From NCBI GenBank assembly GCA_015065295.1, contig SVQN01000005.1, positions 2,133-66,132 of the forward strand: a stretch of DNA of 64,000 nt. Direction: 5' to 3'. Below, piece after piece: positions 37,364-47,202 of this stretch. The stretch comes from Oscillospiraceae bacterium (GTDB taxonomy: Bacteria > Bacillota > Clostridia > Oscillospirales > CAG-272). Each line of letters opens with the position of its first letter. The stretch's first letter is position 1. A program made the translations under genes and the position numbers. Under the pieces are notes generated by a model. That model worked only from the letters and a program-made list of their open reading frames with translations, had not been told where the DNA came from and searched no databases.

Positions 37364-37405
37364 TAAAAAAAGAGGGAAAACCCGTTTTTTCACAGGTTTT
37401 CCCTC
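37364..37405 (-). terminator. intrinsic terminator after second SBP gene
   Basis: Minus strand GAGGGAAAACC..GGTTTTCCCTC followed by TTTTTTT. Confidence 0.7.
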
Positions 37406-37421
37406 GGATTTATATTGCGCG

Positions 37422-38912
37422 TTAACCGTTTGCCTGAATCTTTTCGACGGCTTTTTCGAGCATCTTGGTGATGACCTTGGAGTTGGTAGCCCAGTAGGAA
37501 GCGAAATTGCTGTTCTTCTGCGGCATCAGCGTGCGGAGAACGAACCACGGATTGCCGATGGATTCGTTGTAGAGCGATTCAAAATTGATCAGTACGCTCC
37601 GTTCGATGAGGTCCATCATTTCCGCCGTCTGTACGTCGCGGGAATACCGGTTCTTCAGCGCTACGTCGAAATAGGCCGGAGTAACGGTACGGTAACTCTG
37701 TGCGGCGAGGGCTTCCAGAACCGCGGAGGTCATTTCGGGATTTTTCGAGTCGATCGGGATGCACCAGAGAGAAAGCGCGTCCTGTACGCGGGTACCGTAT
37801 TCCGTCTGCGCGTCGTTCAGCAGCGGGTACGGAAGAATCCCGTAGTCGCTTTCCATTTCGGCAAGGCTGGAGACAACCCCGCTGATACGGGTGGTAGAGA
37901 GGAGTGCGCGGTCTTCGGAGAACGGCTTCAGGTCGGTGCCGTCGCCGGTGATGGCGTAGCATCCGGGATTGTTCCACATCAGATTATAGACCTTTTCAAC
38001 GATGGTGGTGAACCGCTCGGTGTCAACGTCCAGAACCGGAAGCCCTGCTTCATCGCGGGAAATCATCGAAACGCGGAAGCCCTGCATATAGCCGTCCGCG
38101 TCGTTGACGGAGGAGCTGGTCAGACCGTAGAGGTCGGCGGTTCCCATCTGACCGTCGCCGTCGAGGTCCACATAGACATTGGTTGTCAGCTCGTTGATAT
38201 AGTCGATGGTCCAGCGGTGTTCGTTGACAACGTCGTACAGGTTTTCCACGTCAAAATCGTCGGCGACTTTCTGGTTGAAGACGTAGATGCACATCGCGGA
38301 CAGCATGGTTTTTGCGATATTGCCCGTTACGAAGTACAGATGACCGGCAATCTGCAGCTCGTCCACCGCGGACTGGTTCCACCACGGCTGTTCGAGATTG
38401 AGATGCGGCATTTCGTTCAGGTCGAGCAGAAGCCCTTCCAGGGACAGCGACGGAATTCTTGCCGACCATCCGGCAATGGCGTCATACGCACCGTCGGCGG
38501 ACATGATCGACGCGCGGAGAGAGGCAATGGCGTTGTTGTACGCGTCCCACTTTTCGCCGGCGAACCCTACGATTTTTACGTTCAGGCGTTCGGCGACCAT
38601 TTCGTTTCGTTCATAGACCGCGTCGTTGACAACTTCCCCGGTCATTTCTTCAACGCTGACTTCATAGATCGATTCGTCGTCGCCGCGGGAGTGAATGGTC
38701 ACGGTTTCGCCGCCGAAATCGAGCTCGGGGAGGGTGTCCGGATAATTTTCACGGGAAATTTCCGTTTCCTCGGGGACGGTTTCTTCGGCCGCCGGTTCCG
38801 CCGACACGGTCGGATCGGATGCGGGAGCCGCAGGGTCTTCCGTTTCCGCACAGGACACGGCCGCCGGTGCGAGCATCAGAAGCGCAAGGAGCAGGGACAG
38901 ATGCTTTTTCAT
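37422..38912 (-). CDS. ABC-transporter extracellular solute-binding lipoprotein, paralogue B
   Basis: Start moved to MKKHLSLLLALLMLAPAAVSCAE. Collinear with paralogue A, with the same C-terminus ..KVITKML(Q/E)KAVEKIQANG. Confidence 0.85.
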   Translation of the reverse strand: MKKHLSLLLALLMLAPAAVSCAETEDPAAPASDPTVSAEPAAEETVPEETEISRENYPDTLPELDFGGETVTIHSRGDDESIYEVSVEEMTGEVVNDAVYERNEMVAERLNVKIVGFAGEKWDAYNNAIASLRASIMSADGAYDAIAGWSARIPSLSLEGLLLDLNEMPHLNLEQPWWNQSAVDELQIAGHLYFVTGNIAKTMLSAMCIYVFNQKVADDFDVENLYDVVNEHRWTIDYINELTTNVYVDLDGDGQMGTADLYGLTSSSVNDADGYMQGFRVSMISRDEAGLPVLDVDTERFTTIVEKVYNLMWNNPGCYAITGDGTDLKPFSEDRALLSTTRISGVVSSLAEMESDYGILPYPLLNDAQTEYGTRVQDALSLWCIPIDSKNPEMTSAVLEALAAQSYRTVTPAYFDVALKNRYSRDVQTAEMMDLIERSVLINFESLYNESIGNPWFVLRTLMPQKNSNFASYWATNSKVITKMLEKAVEKIQANG

Positions 38913-39001
38913 GTGAATACCTCCTGTATAATGATATGTATATTTATAAAATATGCCCAAATTAATGAAATAATACGATCAAACTTGTAAAATATACATA
39001 A

Positions 39002-39030
39002 ATAATATCATATTTTCATGCGTATGTCAA
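39002..39030 (-). promoter_or_regulatory. promoter of SBP paralogue B
   Basis: Minus strand TTGACA-17 nt-TATTAT, homologous to the paralogue A promoter. Confidence 0.45.
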
Positions 39031-39085
39031 TGGGTTTTACGAATGTGCGGGGGATTTTCCGGGGATTGCGTTTCTTGGAGTTACG

Positions 39086-39142
39086 TTTTCTTGGGGGAAC
39101 CTTTTGAGGAAAGGTTCCCCCAAACCCCTTCCAAACCTTTTT
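39086..39142 (-). repeat. U-family hairpin element U9 (left end of composite U-M-U)
   Basis: ttttcttGGGGGAACCTTTTgaggAAAGGTTCCCCCaaaccccttccaaaccttttt. Confidence 0.75.
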
Positions 39143-39454
39143 GGTCTGCTATCAAATATTGGATGTGCGGATTTTGCGTTGGAGGGGGATTTTCATGGGT
39201 CTGTGCGTAGCCATATAGTTGATCCCATCCGCTGACATGATGTTGGTTTGAAATTCTATGAAAATCGTTCTGGGGAAGTCAGGGACCGCGACAAGGCGCG
39301 CGCCTTGCCACCCTGACTTCCCCAGAACGATTTTCGTGGAAATTAAAACCAGCCCCATGTCAACGGGCCGAACACTCTTAAGCCGAACTCCACGGTATAT
39401 TTCAAAAATCCCCCTCCCCATCATATCAGCCAAACAAACCGGCTACCACCGTCT
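39143..39454. repeat. M-family long palindromic element M2
   Basis: Near-complete hairpin centred on gtcagggaccgcgacaaggcgcgcgccttgccaccctgac. Arms gaaaatcgttctggggaagtcagg / cctgacttccccagaacgattttc. Confidence 0.7.
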
Positions 39455-39513
39455 AAAAAGGTTTTGGAAGGGGTTTGGGGAAACCTTTTCCTCAAAAAGG
39501 TTTCCCCAAGAAA
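39455..39513 (+). repeat. U-family hairpin element U10 (right end of composite)
   Basis: aaaaaggttttggaaggggttTGGGGAAACCTTTTcctcAAAAAGGTTTCCCCAagaaa. Confidence 0.75.
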
Positions 39514-39621
39514 TCCGTACCCCGCATATTTTTTAATCTGTTTCTAATCCAAATCCTCTTTTTCTTTAAGGAAAAATCATGTATAATAGAACCATCAGAA
39601 ACACATGGAAGGAAGATTGGT

Positions 39622-40098
39622 ATGGAACATATTGAAATGGTCGAACGACTTCACGAAAAAGCGAATATTTCGTATACGGACGCAAAGGACGCACTGGAAC
39701 GCAGCGGATGGGATATGCTCGAGGCTCTTGTGCTTCTCGAACGCGAAGGCAAAATTGATCCCCTGACGGCAAGCACGTCCTCCGCCGACGGGGAAACGGC
39801 GTATGAAACCGTTACCGCTACGGCTTCCAAATCCAAAAAAGAAAACGGCTTCCACGAAGCCATGAATAAGGTGGGCGAAACGCTGAAACGGCTGTTCAAC
39901 GACAGCATTACCACCGATTTTGTCGTCCGGCGGCAGGGGAAAGAGGTCTTCCGGATTCAGGTGCTGATCGCGGTGATCCTCTGCCTGTGCATTTGGGAAC
40001 CGATCCTCATCGCGGTGGTGGTCGGGCTGATCTGCGACTGCCGCTATTCCATCGACAGCCGTGCCGGAAAAAACGGAGATTCTGCGGATCATGAATAA
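39622..40098 (+). CDS. UBA/EF-Ts-N-like domain protein with C-terminal hydrophobic segment (DUF4342-like)
   Basis: Start moved to MEHIEMVERLHEKANISYTDAKDALERSGWDMLEALVLLEREGK. The track ORF N-terminus reads through U10. Confidence 0.7.
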   Translation: MEHIEMVERLHEKANISYTDAKDALERSGWDMLEALVLLEREGKIDPLTASTSSADGETAYETVTATASKSKKENGFHEAMNKVGETLKRLFNDSITTDFVVRRQGKEVFRIQVLIAVILCLCIWEPILIAVVVGLICDCRYSIDSRAGKNGDSADHE

Positions 40099-40789
40099 CA
40101 TTCTCATCATCGAAGACGAAGAAAAAATCGCGCGGTTCGTCGAGCTGGAGCTGAAACACGAAGGATATACGGCGGACAAAGCCACCGACGGCCGTACCGG
40201 TCTGGAGATGGCGGAAACCGGCGCGTATGACCTGATTATCCTCGACATCATGCTGCCGCAGCTGTCCGGCATCGAGGTTCTACGCCGTCTGCGGAAATCC
40301 GCGAACGAAGCGGCCGCCAGCGTCCCGGTGATCCTGCTGACCGCAAGGGACGCGATCACGGACAAAGTGACCGGGCTCGACATGGGCGCAAACGACTATA
40401 TGACCAAACCGTTCGCCATCGAAGAACTGCTTGCGCGCATCCGTGCGGCTCTGCGGCAGTCGCAGAACGGCGGCGCACACGGCGAACGTGCGGAAAAAGA
40501 CGACGGAATTCTCCGTGCGGCGGGCATCGAACTGAACGTGTCCGCGCATACGGTGACATTCCGTGGAAAACCGGCGGAGTTCACGAACCGGGAATTCATT
40601 CTTCTGCGTACGCTGATGGAAAACCGGGGAACGGCCATGTCGCGGGAAAAGCTGCTTGCGGCGGCGTGGGGGTACGACTACTACGGCGAAACAAACATCG
40701 TGGATGTGTATGTCCGCTATATCCGCCAGAAAACGGACGATACCGTCATTAGAACCATCCGCGGCGTGGGCTACATGATGGAGGAATAA
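40091..40789 (+). CDS. OmpR-family response regulator
   Basis: Start moved to MNNILIIEDEEKIARFVELELKHEGY. Receiver Asp (LIILDIMLP). Winged-helix C-terminus (VDVYVRYIRQK..IRTIRGVGY). Confidence 0.92.
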   Translation: MNNILIIEDEEKIARFVELELKHEGYTADKATDGRTGLEMAETGAYDLIILDIMLPQLSGIEVLRRLRKSANEAAASVPVILLTARDAITDKVTGLDMGANDYMTKPFAIEELLARIRAALRQSQNGGAHGERAEKDDGILRAAGIELNVSAHTVTFRGKPAEFTNREFILLRTLMENRGTAMSREKLLAAAWGYDYYGETNIVDVYVRYIRQKTDDTVIRTIRGVGYMMEE

Positions 40790-40792
40790 CCG

Positions 40793-42106
40793 ATGAACAA
40801 CCGAACCGGCTCGATTGCCAAGCGGCTGAACGCCGCGCTTGTACGGCGGAAATTCGCCCGCGCGTTTTTCATCGACCTGATGGTTGCGGTTCTCGTGATT
40901 GCGGTATGGTGCCTGACGATCGAAAGCACTTACGGCGGGAAGATCACCAACGTTGATGAGCGGTGGTTTGCCGGATACGAATGGGTGGACGACAACCTCG
41001 CGGAATTGCTTCAGACAAGCGGGAATCTCCGTGAACTTACCCGTGCGGGCGGCCTGATTTTCCGCGAAACAATGTACTGTTTTACGATGGACGGAACCGC
41101 TCATACAGTAAGCGCGGCGGGGATTCTGTCGGCGGTGACGCTGTCGCTGATTCTTGTGCTGATTGTACAGCTGATCGGCTTTCTTGCGGGACATTTTACG
41201 GGACAGAATCTGATCAAACGGTATCTCCGTCCGATTGACGAAGTCGCGCTGTCGGCGGAACGCCTGTCGTCGATGCAGTCGGCGCGGAAGACGGACGTGG
41301 CATCGCTTGCTCACGCGATCAACGAAATTGACGACAGCGACAAGCGGATCGCGGTGCACGATTCGGAACTCGGCGGACTGGAAGCGGCGGTCAACAATAT
41401 GCTGAAGCGTCTGGAGGAATCGAAGCGGAAGCAGATCCGGTTTGTGGACGACGCATCGCACGAACTGCGGACGCCGATTGCGGTGATTCAGGGGTATGTG
41501 AATATGCTCGACCGCTGGGGCAAGGACGATCCGAAGGTGATGGAGGAATCCATCACGGCGATCAAGAACGAATCGGAGCACATGAAAACGCTGATCGACC
41601 AGCTATTGTTCCTTGCGCGCGGCGACATGGAGCGGCACGAACTCCACAAAATGCCGTTAGACACGAACGAACTTCTGGAAGAGGTAGCGGAAGAGAGCCG
41701 CATGATCGACCGCGATCACGAATACCTCTTTGAAACGGACGGCCACCCGCACCCGACCCTCGCGGATCCGGCGATGCTCAAGCAGGCCTTGCGTATTCTG
41801 ACGGACAACGCGGCCAAATACACCCCCGCGGGCGGCACGATCAAATTCCGTGCCTTCTCCTCCGGCGACCGCGTCTGCTTGGAAGTGAGCGACACGGGCA
41901 TCGGCATCCCGAACGACGAACTCCCCCGCATTTTCGACCGCTTCTACCGCGGTCAGAACCTCCGCGGCGACAGCCACTCCGGCAGCGGTCTCGGTCTCTC
42001 CATCGCCAAATGGATCATCGACGAGCACGCCGGCACGATCACGGCGATGTCCAGCGAGGGCATCGGGACGCGGATGACGGTAAGTCTGGCGCGGTATGAC
42101 GGGTGA
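40793..42106 (+). CDS. sensor histidine kinase
   Basis: Two TM segments. H-box FVDDASHELRTPIAV. N, G1 and G2 boxes (TDNAAKYTP, DTGIGI, GSGLGLSI). Confidence 0.92.
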   Translation: MNNRTGSIAKRLNAALVRRKFARAFFIDLMVAVLVIAVWCLTIESTYGGKITNVDERWFAGYEWVDDNLAELLQTSGNLRELTRAGGLIFRETMYCFTMDGTAHTVSAAGILSAVTLSLILVLIVQLIGFLAGHFTGQNLIKRYLRPIDEVALSAERLSSMQSARKTDVASLAHAINEIDDSDKRIAVHDSELGGLEAAVNNMLKRLEESKRKQIRFVDDASHELRTPIAVIQGYVNMLDRWGKDDPKVMEESITAIKNESEHMKTLIDQLLFLARGDMERHELHKMPLDTNELLEEVAEESRMIDRDHEYLFETDGHPHPTLADPAMLKQALRILTDNAAKYTPAGGTIKFRAFSSGDRVCLEVSDTGIGIPNDELPRIFDRFYRGQNLRGDSHSGSGLGLSIAKWIIDEHAGTITAMSSEGIGTRMTVSLARYDG

Positions 42107-42129
42107 GGGGGATGCTTTTTGGGGGTACG

Positions 42130-42188
42130 TTTCTTGGGGAAACCTTTTTGAGGAAAAGGTTTCCCCAAACCCCTTCCAAAACCTTTTT
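42130..42188 (-). repeat. U-family hairpin element U11 (left end of composite)
   Basis: tttcttGGGGAAACCTTTTTgaggAAAAGGTTTCCCCaaaccccttccaaaaccttttt. Confidence 0.75.
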
Positions 42189-42653
42189 AGACTGTGGTAG
42201 CCATTTGGTTACTGCAGATTTTTTGTTTTTGGGGGTGGAAGAGATAAGGCGCGTTCGTGCAGCTGACAGGGGGAACTGTCTCCAATACATACGAATATGG
42301 TGGAGCGAGCTCGCAGGGGCCACCGAGACCCTGCTCGCCGTAGCCGTGGAGTACGTTTTGTGATCTTGAAAGGGGTTTGAATTCAGCTACATGGCGAGTC
42401 TGACATATAGGAATCCTATATGGCGGGATTACATCAAAGATTTCCCTTATGGCGAGTCTGAATTGACGGTTTTCTCCACGGCGTGGGAAGTCAGGGTCTT
42501 GGCGGAGCCTGACTTCCCCAGAACGATTTTGAAGGAATTTCAAATCAACGAAATGTCAGCGGATTGGGATATCCAAAATGGCTACGCACAGACCCAAGAA
42601 AATCCCCCTCAAAAAACAAAAAATCTGCACAGTCAAAATCACTGTAGCAGACC
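42189..42653. repeat. M-family related composite element M3
   Basis: Shares gggaagtcagggtcttggcggagcctgacttccccagaacgatttt and tttgaattcagctacat blocks with M1 and M2. Confidence 0.6.
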
Positions 42654-42712
42654 AAAAAGGTTTTGGAAGGGGTTTGGGGGAACCTTTTCCTCAAAAAGGT
42701 TCCCCCAAGAAA
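42654..42712 (+). repeat. U-family hairpin element U12 (right end of composite)
   Basis: aaaaaggttttggaaggggtttGGGGGAACCTTTTcctcAAAAAGGTTCCCCCaagaaa. Confidence 0.75.
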
Positions 42713-42731
42713 AAAACGTTATTTCCACGGT

Positions 42732-43577
42732 TCACGGCGTTTCCGCACGCACAATCACACCGTTTTCGAAGTAGCCGGTGTAGACACGACCCGAAGGCCA
42801 GGAGTAGACACCCGCACCGGAGAGGAGATTGTTCTGGAATTCGCCGGTGTAGGATTCGCCGGAGACCCAGGTGTAGGTGCCGGTGCCGCTGCGGACATCG
42901 TTCACATAGTCGCCTTCGTAAACGTCGCCGGAAGCCCAGGTGTAGATGCCGGTGCCGTTTTTCATGTCGTTCGCGTAGCTGCCGACGTAGACGTCGCCGG
43001 AGGCGTAGCGGTATTCGCCCATGCCGTGCTTGCGGTCGTCCGCGAATTCGCCTTCGTAGACGGAGCCGTCCGCGAAGGTGTAGACCCCGCTGCCCGACTT
43101 CACGCCGTCCGCGAACGTGCCTTCGTAGATGTCGCCGCCGACGTAGGTGTAGACGCCGCTGCCCGAGATGTTGTCGTTCACGAACGTCCCGACGTAGGTG
43201 TCGCCGTTCGCGTAGATGATCTGTCCTTCCCCGTTCTTCATCAGGTTGTCCAGACCGCCCGTGTAAACGTCGCCGTTCGAGTAGGAAATTTCCTCACGGT
43301 CGAGGTTTACGTCTGCCGAAACGCCGTTCGAGTAGATCAGGCGTCCCTTGTACGGCTCGCCCGCTTCGTCCACCTGTCCGAGGAACTTCACATACAGGTC
43401 GTCCGTCACGTTCACTTTGATATAGCGCACGCCGGAGGCGTAGACCACCGCGATCAGTCCCGCCACACAGAGGATGGCAGCGATCAGGATCGTGATAATC
43501 ACCGCCGCAAAGCTGCGCTTCTTTTTCTTTTTGCGGGGAGGCTGGTTTTTTCCGCCCCGGTTCATCTGCTGATTCAT
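42732..43577 (-). CDS. membrane-anchored MORN-repeat protein
   Basis: Start set at MNQQMNRGG (AGGAGA RBS). One TM segment, then about 9 MORN units (Y.NGD.Y.G.F.....G.G.Y). Confidence 0.85.
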   Translation of the reverse strand: MNQQMNRGGKNQPPRKKKKKRSFAAVIITILIAAILCVAGLIAVVYASGVRYIKVNVTDDLYVKFLGQVDEAGEPYKGRLIYSNGVSADVNLDREEISYSNGDVYTGGLDNLMKNGEGQIIYANGDTYVGTFVNDNISGSGVYTYVGGDIYEGTFADGVKSGSGVYTFADGSVYEGEFADDRKHGMGEYRYASGDVYVGSYANDMKNGTGIYTWASGDVYEGDYVNDVRSGTGTYTWVSGESYTGEFQNNLLSGAGVYSWPSGRVYTGYFENGVIVRAETP

Positions 43578-43622
43578 AGGATGACTTTCTCCTCTTGGAT
43601 TTCTTGAATGCCGCACATTCTT

Positions 43623-45653
43623 TTACCGCCGTACTTCCAGTAACAGCGTTTCGCCCTTTGCCATGACCACATCGGCGAACGATTCGTTTCCCGGCAGTGT
43701 TTCGCCTGTGAATACGTTCACAAGTGCCGCCTTGTACGGAACGCAGATCCGCTTCACACCGTCCGATGCCGCATGAACGGCCACATATCGCTCACTTGCG
43801 TACGCCACATCGCCGCCGAAAACATAGACCTGTCCCGCCGCCGCCAGAATCAGACGGCGCAGACTGTCCGCTGACGGAATCCGTTCCGCCGTGCAGTATA
43901 CACTGTAGTTTTCCACAGGATGTCGGCGGAGCAGGGACGTGATGTTTCCTGCCGTGTCGGTCGCTGCCAGTGCGTCCCCCGGAGTCCGGACAAATCCCGC
44001 TTCTCCGAGGGCGATTCCGCTTGCGGTTTCCGGATTTGTGTTTACCGCATCGAGGAACACAAGCATCCGTCCGCCGGATTTCCATTTGTCCAGCGCGGCG
44101 AGAGCTTCTTTTGTCCACGAGGTATCCGCCGTCGGACCGAAAATTGCCACGCGGTAATCCGCCGGATCGACCCGCGTCAGGTCGTCCATCAGGGACAGCT
44201 GATACGGCGTACCCGTGAAGCCCAGCGTTTTGCACAGATCGGAATACATCCACGCATAACCTGTGATCGGGCTGATGCGGTTGAAGAACGCGTCGTCGAG
44301 GAATACCGCCGTCGGAGCCGCGTTCTTTGAGCCGCCGGTGACGGAATAATCATTGTAAATTTCTGCCGCTTTTTTGTGGAATTCCATGAAGCGGGGATGG
44401 TCGTACCAGCCGCCCCACATATCGAACCACCAGATGGCCGTGTTGTGCGTCAGGACGCGGGCGAGAGCCTTCGTCATCTGTCCGAGCGAACCGTCCACCG
44501 TGTCGGGACCAAGCCAGACGGGGCCGTCGTACGCACGGTTTACCACCGGATCGGCGTGCGGCATACAGCGGCTGATCGGTTCGGACAGGCACGTCCGGAC
44601 GTCCGCTTCCATAAACCACGGCTTGCCGTGAAGCATCGACGACGCAACGGAGCCGGGGAATCCCCAGTCCACACCGGCGGCACGGTTGTCCGTGTACATG
44701 AACGGACTGGCGAGAAAATCGACCGCGTCGCTTTCAAAGACGATGTGCGCGGCGTGATGCCCTTCCTCCGTTCCCACCGTGGAGTAGCCGAAGAACGCAC
44801 CGATTACCTGTTCCCCGCCGGTCACGCGCTTTGCCGCCGTACACAGATCGACCACCGCCTGTGCGTTCACTTCGTTCAGGAATGCATAGGTGTCAATCGC
44901 CTGCTGTTCAAACGCCGGATCGTGGAGCGCACCGCCGGCCGCCGAGCCGAACATCCGCTGTCCGGGATCGGCAAACTGCGCGTCGTCAAACGAAGGGTAT
45001 GCCGTATGCCATGTTTGATTCAGTACGTCAATGTCCGCATACCGTCCGGTCAGCCATGCGCGGAACGTACGGAGCGCACACGGCGAGTAATCCGTGTACT
45101 GCATCGGATGATGATTCGGACGAAGGAATTCTTCCGTGTTGCCGCAGGCGATGTGCCATCCGGGAACGTAAGCGTCAAATCCGCTGTCCCTGAGCCAGCC
45201 GCGGAAGGCTTCCAGCATAATTTCAGTGTCCCGCTTCCATTTGTCGGAGCAGTAGGAGTGATGCACCGGCGTTCCCTGCGCGTCGCGGCACAGTTCGTCC
45301 GGATTTTCCGTTTCCCACCATGACGGCGGTTCCACCATCAGACGGGGAATCAGATAAACTTCTCCGGGACGGCTGTTTCCGAGAATCCGCCGGAAATCGG
45401 CTTCCGCCGTGGAGAAATCATACTGACCGTACCCCTTCCAGAAACCGGGGCGGAACGGACGGATGCCGGAGTTTTGGTTGATCCCGCGATCCCCGGCATA
45501 GACCGCAGTGAAAAACAGATTCACCCCGGCCTGTTTGAATGCCTCATAGCACGCCTTTTCCGGCTGATAGGACATATACCCGTACATCGGGATCGCCCGT
45601 CCGTCAATTTCCAGAAGAAAAATTTCGTTATTGCGAATAATCTTGCTTTTCAT
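43623..45653 (-). CDS. hypothetical large cytoplasmic protein, glycoside-hydrolase-like (GH42-like layout?)
   Basis: 676-aa ORF with no signal peptide. The assignment is weak, based on length and on W/E-rich TIM-barrel-like N-terminal segments. Confidence 0.7.
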   Translation of the reverse strand: MKSKIIRNNEIFLLEIDGRAIPMYGYMSYQPEKACYEAFKQAGVNLFFTAVYAGDRGINQNSGIRPFRPGFWKGYGQYDFSTAEADFRRILGNSRPGEVYLIPRLMVEPPSWWETENPDELCRDAQGTPVHHSYCSDKWKRDTEIMLEAFRGWLRDSGFDAYVPGWHIACGNTEEFLRPNHHPMQYTDYSPCALRTFRAWLTGRYADIDVLNQTWHTAYPSFDDAQFADPGQRMFGSAAGGALHDPAFEQQAIDTYAFLNEVNAQAVVDLCTAAKRVTGGEQVIGAFFGYSTVGTEEGHHAAHIVFESDAVDFLASPFMYTDNRAAGVDWGFPGSVASSMLHGKPWFMEADVRTCLSEPISRCMPHADPVVNRAYDGPVWLGPDTVDGSLGQMTKALARVLTHNTAIWWFDMWGGWYDHPRFMEFHKKAAEIYNDYSVTGGSKNAAPTAVFLDDAFFNRISPITGYAWMYSDLCKTLGFTGTPYQLSLMDDLTRVDPADYRVAIFGPTADTSWTKEALAALDKWKSGGRMLVFLDAVNTNPETASGIALGEAGFVRTPGDALAATDTAGNITSLLRRHPVENYSVYCTAERIPSADSLRRLILAAAGQVYVFGGDVAYASERYVAVHAASDGVKRICVPYKAALVNVFTGETLPGNESFADVVMAKGETLLLEVRR

Positions 45654-45659
45654 AATATT

Positions 45660-46232
45660 TTATATGAACTTCGATCTGGGGGTGAGTTCGGTCATAAGGT
45701 TGTCGAGCATCTGGAGCAGTTCCGGAACAAAAACGGTCGCTGCCGCGATAACGACGGCGAGGATAGCGGCACAGAGAACGAACGTGCGGACAGGGGCCTT
45801 TTCTTCCGTGAAGCGGAGTTCCGCCGCAATCCGGCGTTCTTCGGGGAGATAGAATTTCGCCGTTTCAAAGGGGATGACGGAGATATCCTCGTTTCCGAGG
45901 AAGAAGCGTCCGAACGCGCTGCGCTGCTTCTTCGGGAAGGTGTCCGCGTTGGTGCAGACGAACAGGCGGCTGAACGAATTTCCGGCGCGGAGCTGACGCT
46001 TGATGTACCACTTTCCGCGGAAATCCAGACTGTCGAGCGTGACCGCATTCTGTTCGTCGAGCGCACCCGCCTTGATGACGGCACTCACAAACGAATGCGT
46101 GGACACGCGGTAAATGAGCGAAGCAAGCACACCGATCACAATTCCGGCGTAAATGCTCCACAAGAGAACGTCGAGGGCACCGTTGTTTACGTCGAAGTCA
46201 AAATTCTGATACGAGTAAATTTTGTTTGCCAT
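45660..46232 (-). CDS. hypothetical membrane protein (N- and C-terminal TM)
   Basis: Start moved to MANKIYSYQNFDF (GGAGG RBS). Lies directly downstream of parB. Confidence 0.7.
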   Translation of the reverse strand: MANKIYSYQNFDFDVNNGALDVLLWSIYAGIVIGVLASLIYRVSTHSFVSAVIKAGALDEQNAVTLDSLDFRGKWYIKRQLRAGNSFSRLFVCTNADTFPKKQRSAFGRFFLGNEDISVIPFETAKFYLPEERRIAAELRFTEEKAPVRTFVLCAAILAVVIAAATVFVPELLQMLDNLMTELTPRSKFI

Positions 46233-46267
46233 AAGTATAGTCCTCCGTTGATGGATGATTGGGGGGA

Positions 46268-47161
46268 TCAATAATCGTCAAAAATTCCGGCACCGGCGAG
46301 TTTTTTCAGAAGTTCTTCCAGGTCTTCGTTGTCACGGTATTCAAGCTGGAACATCTTTTTGTTCTTCGCCGCGCTGATCTTGCATCGGCGGCCGGTGAAA
46401 TTTGTGAAGCGGGTTTCCAGAGAATGGATATAATCCACCTGTACGCCGACCTCTTCGGCTTCCGTTTCCTGCTGTTCCTGCCCGTAGAGCTTGTTCGCCG
46501 CCTTGACCGCCGCTTCCACATCGCGGACGGAAAGGTTCCGGTTGACGCAGCGTTCCGCAAGGGGAACCATCTGGGATTTGTCCCGTAAACCGAGAAGTGC
46601 ACGGCCGTGACCGGCGGTGAGAAGGCCTTCGACGAGCATCCGGACGATTTCGTCGGGCAGATCGAGAAGGCGGAGCGAATTGGCAATCGCACTGCGGGAC
46701 TTGCCGATCTGGAGGGAGATTTCCTCCTGACTGAGCCGGTACTCTTTCATGAGCATACTGTACGCGCGGGCCTCTTCGTAAGGATTGAGGTCTTCGCGCT
46801 GAAGGTTTTCGATCAGCGCAAATTTAGCCGCCGCGAGATCGTCCGCTTCGAGAACGATCACAGGAATTTCGCTGAGACCGGCGAGCTTGGAAGCACGGAA
46901 GCGACGCTCCCCGGCGATAATTTCGTAACGGTCGTCCACTTTACGGACGAGAATGGGTTGAAGGACGCCGTTGGCAGAGATGGAATCCGCGAGACCCGCG
47001 AGAGACTCGGAGTCGAACGTCCGTCTGGGCTGGTCGATCTTGGGGTCGATCTGCGAGATGGAAACGGAGAGCACGCCGTTTTTCGCTTCGCCGTCATTGT
47101 CGACGGCGTTATCGAGGAAGATCGCGTCGAGACCTCTGCCGAGGCCTTTGTTTTTTGCCAT
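46268..47161 (-). CDS. parB: chromosome partitioning protein ParB/Spo0J
   Basis: KGLGRGLDAIF, VLQPILVR and IIAGERRFRASKLAGL motifs. Confidence 0.96.
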   Translation of the reverse strand: MAKNKGLGRGLDAIFLDNAVDNDGEAKNGVLSVSISQIDPKIDQPRRTFDSESLAGLADSISANGVLQPILVRKVDDRYEIIAGERRFRASKLAGLSEIPVIVLEADDLAAAKFALIENLQREDLNPYEEARAYSMLMKEYRLSQEEISLQIGKSRSAIANSLRLLDLPDEIVRMLVEGLLTAGHGRALLGLRDKSQMVPLAERCVNRNLSVRDVEAAVKAANKLYGQEQQETEAEEVGVQVDYIHSLETRFTNFTGRRCKISAAKNKKMFQLEYRDNEDLEELLKKLAGAGIFDDY

Positions 47162-47202
47162 TTGCTGTAACTCCAGTATATGATTTTCTTTTGGTTTACA
47201 AA

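Noticed and set aside
39086-42712. Possible CRISPR array suggested by many similar GC-rich hairpin repeats
   Set aside because: The repeats occur in both orientations, at irregular distances of kilobases, mostly one or two per intergenic gap. There are no uniform spacers and no cas genes.
42578-43219. 213-aa Arg/Cys-rich ORF (RRRRRR runs) on the plus strand
   Set aside because: It is an alternative frame antisense to the MORN-repeat gene. Its periodicity simply mirrors the MORN repeats (GGx/GAC codons), and there is no start context.
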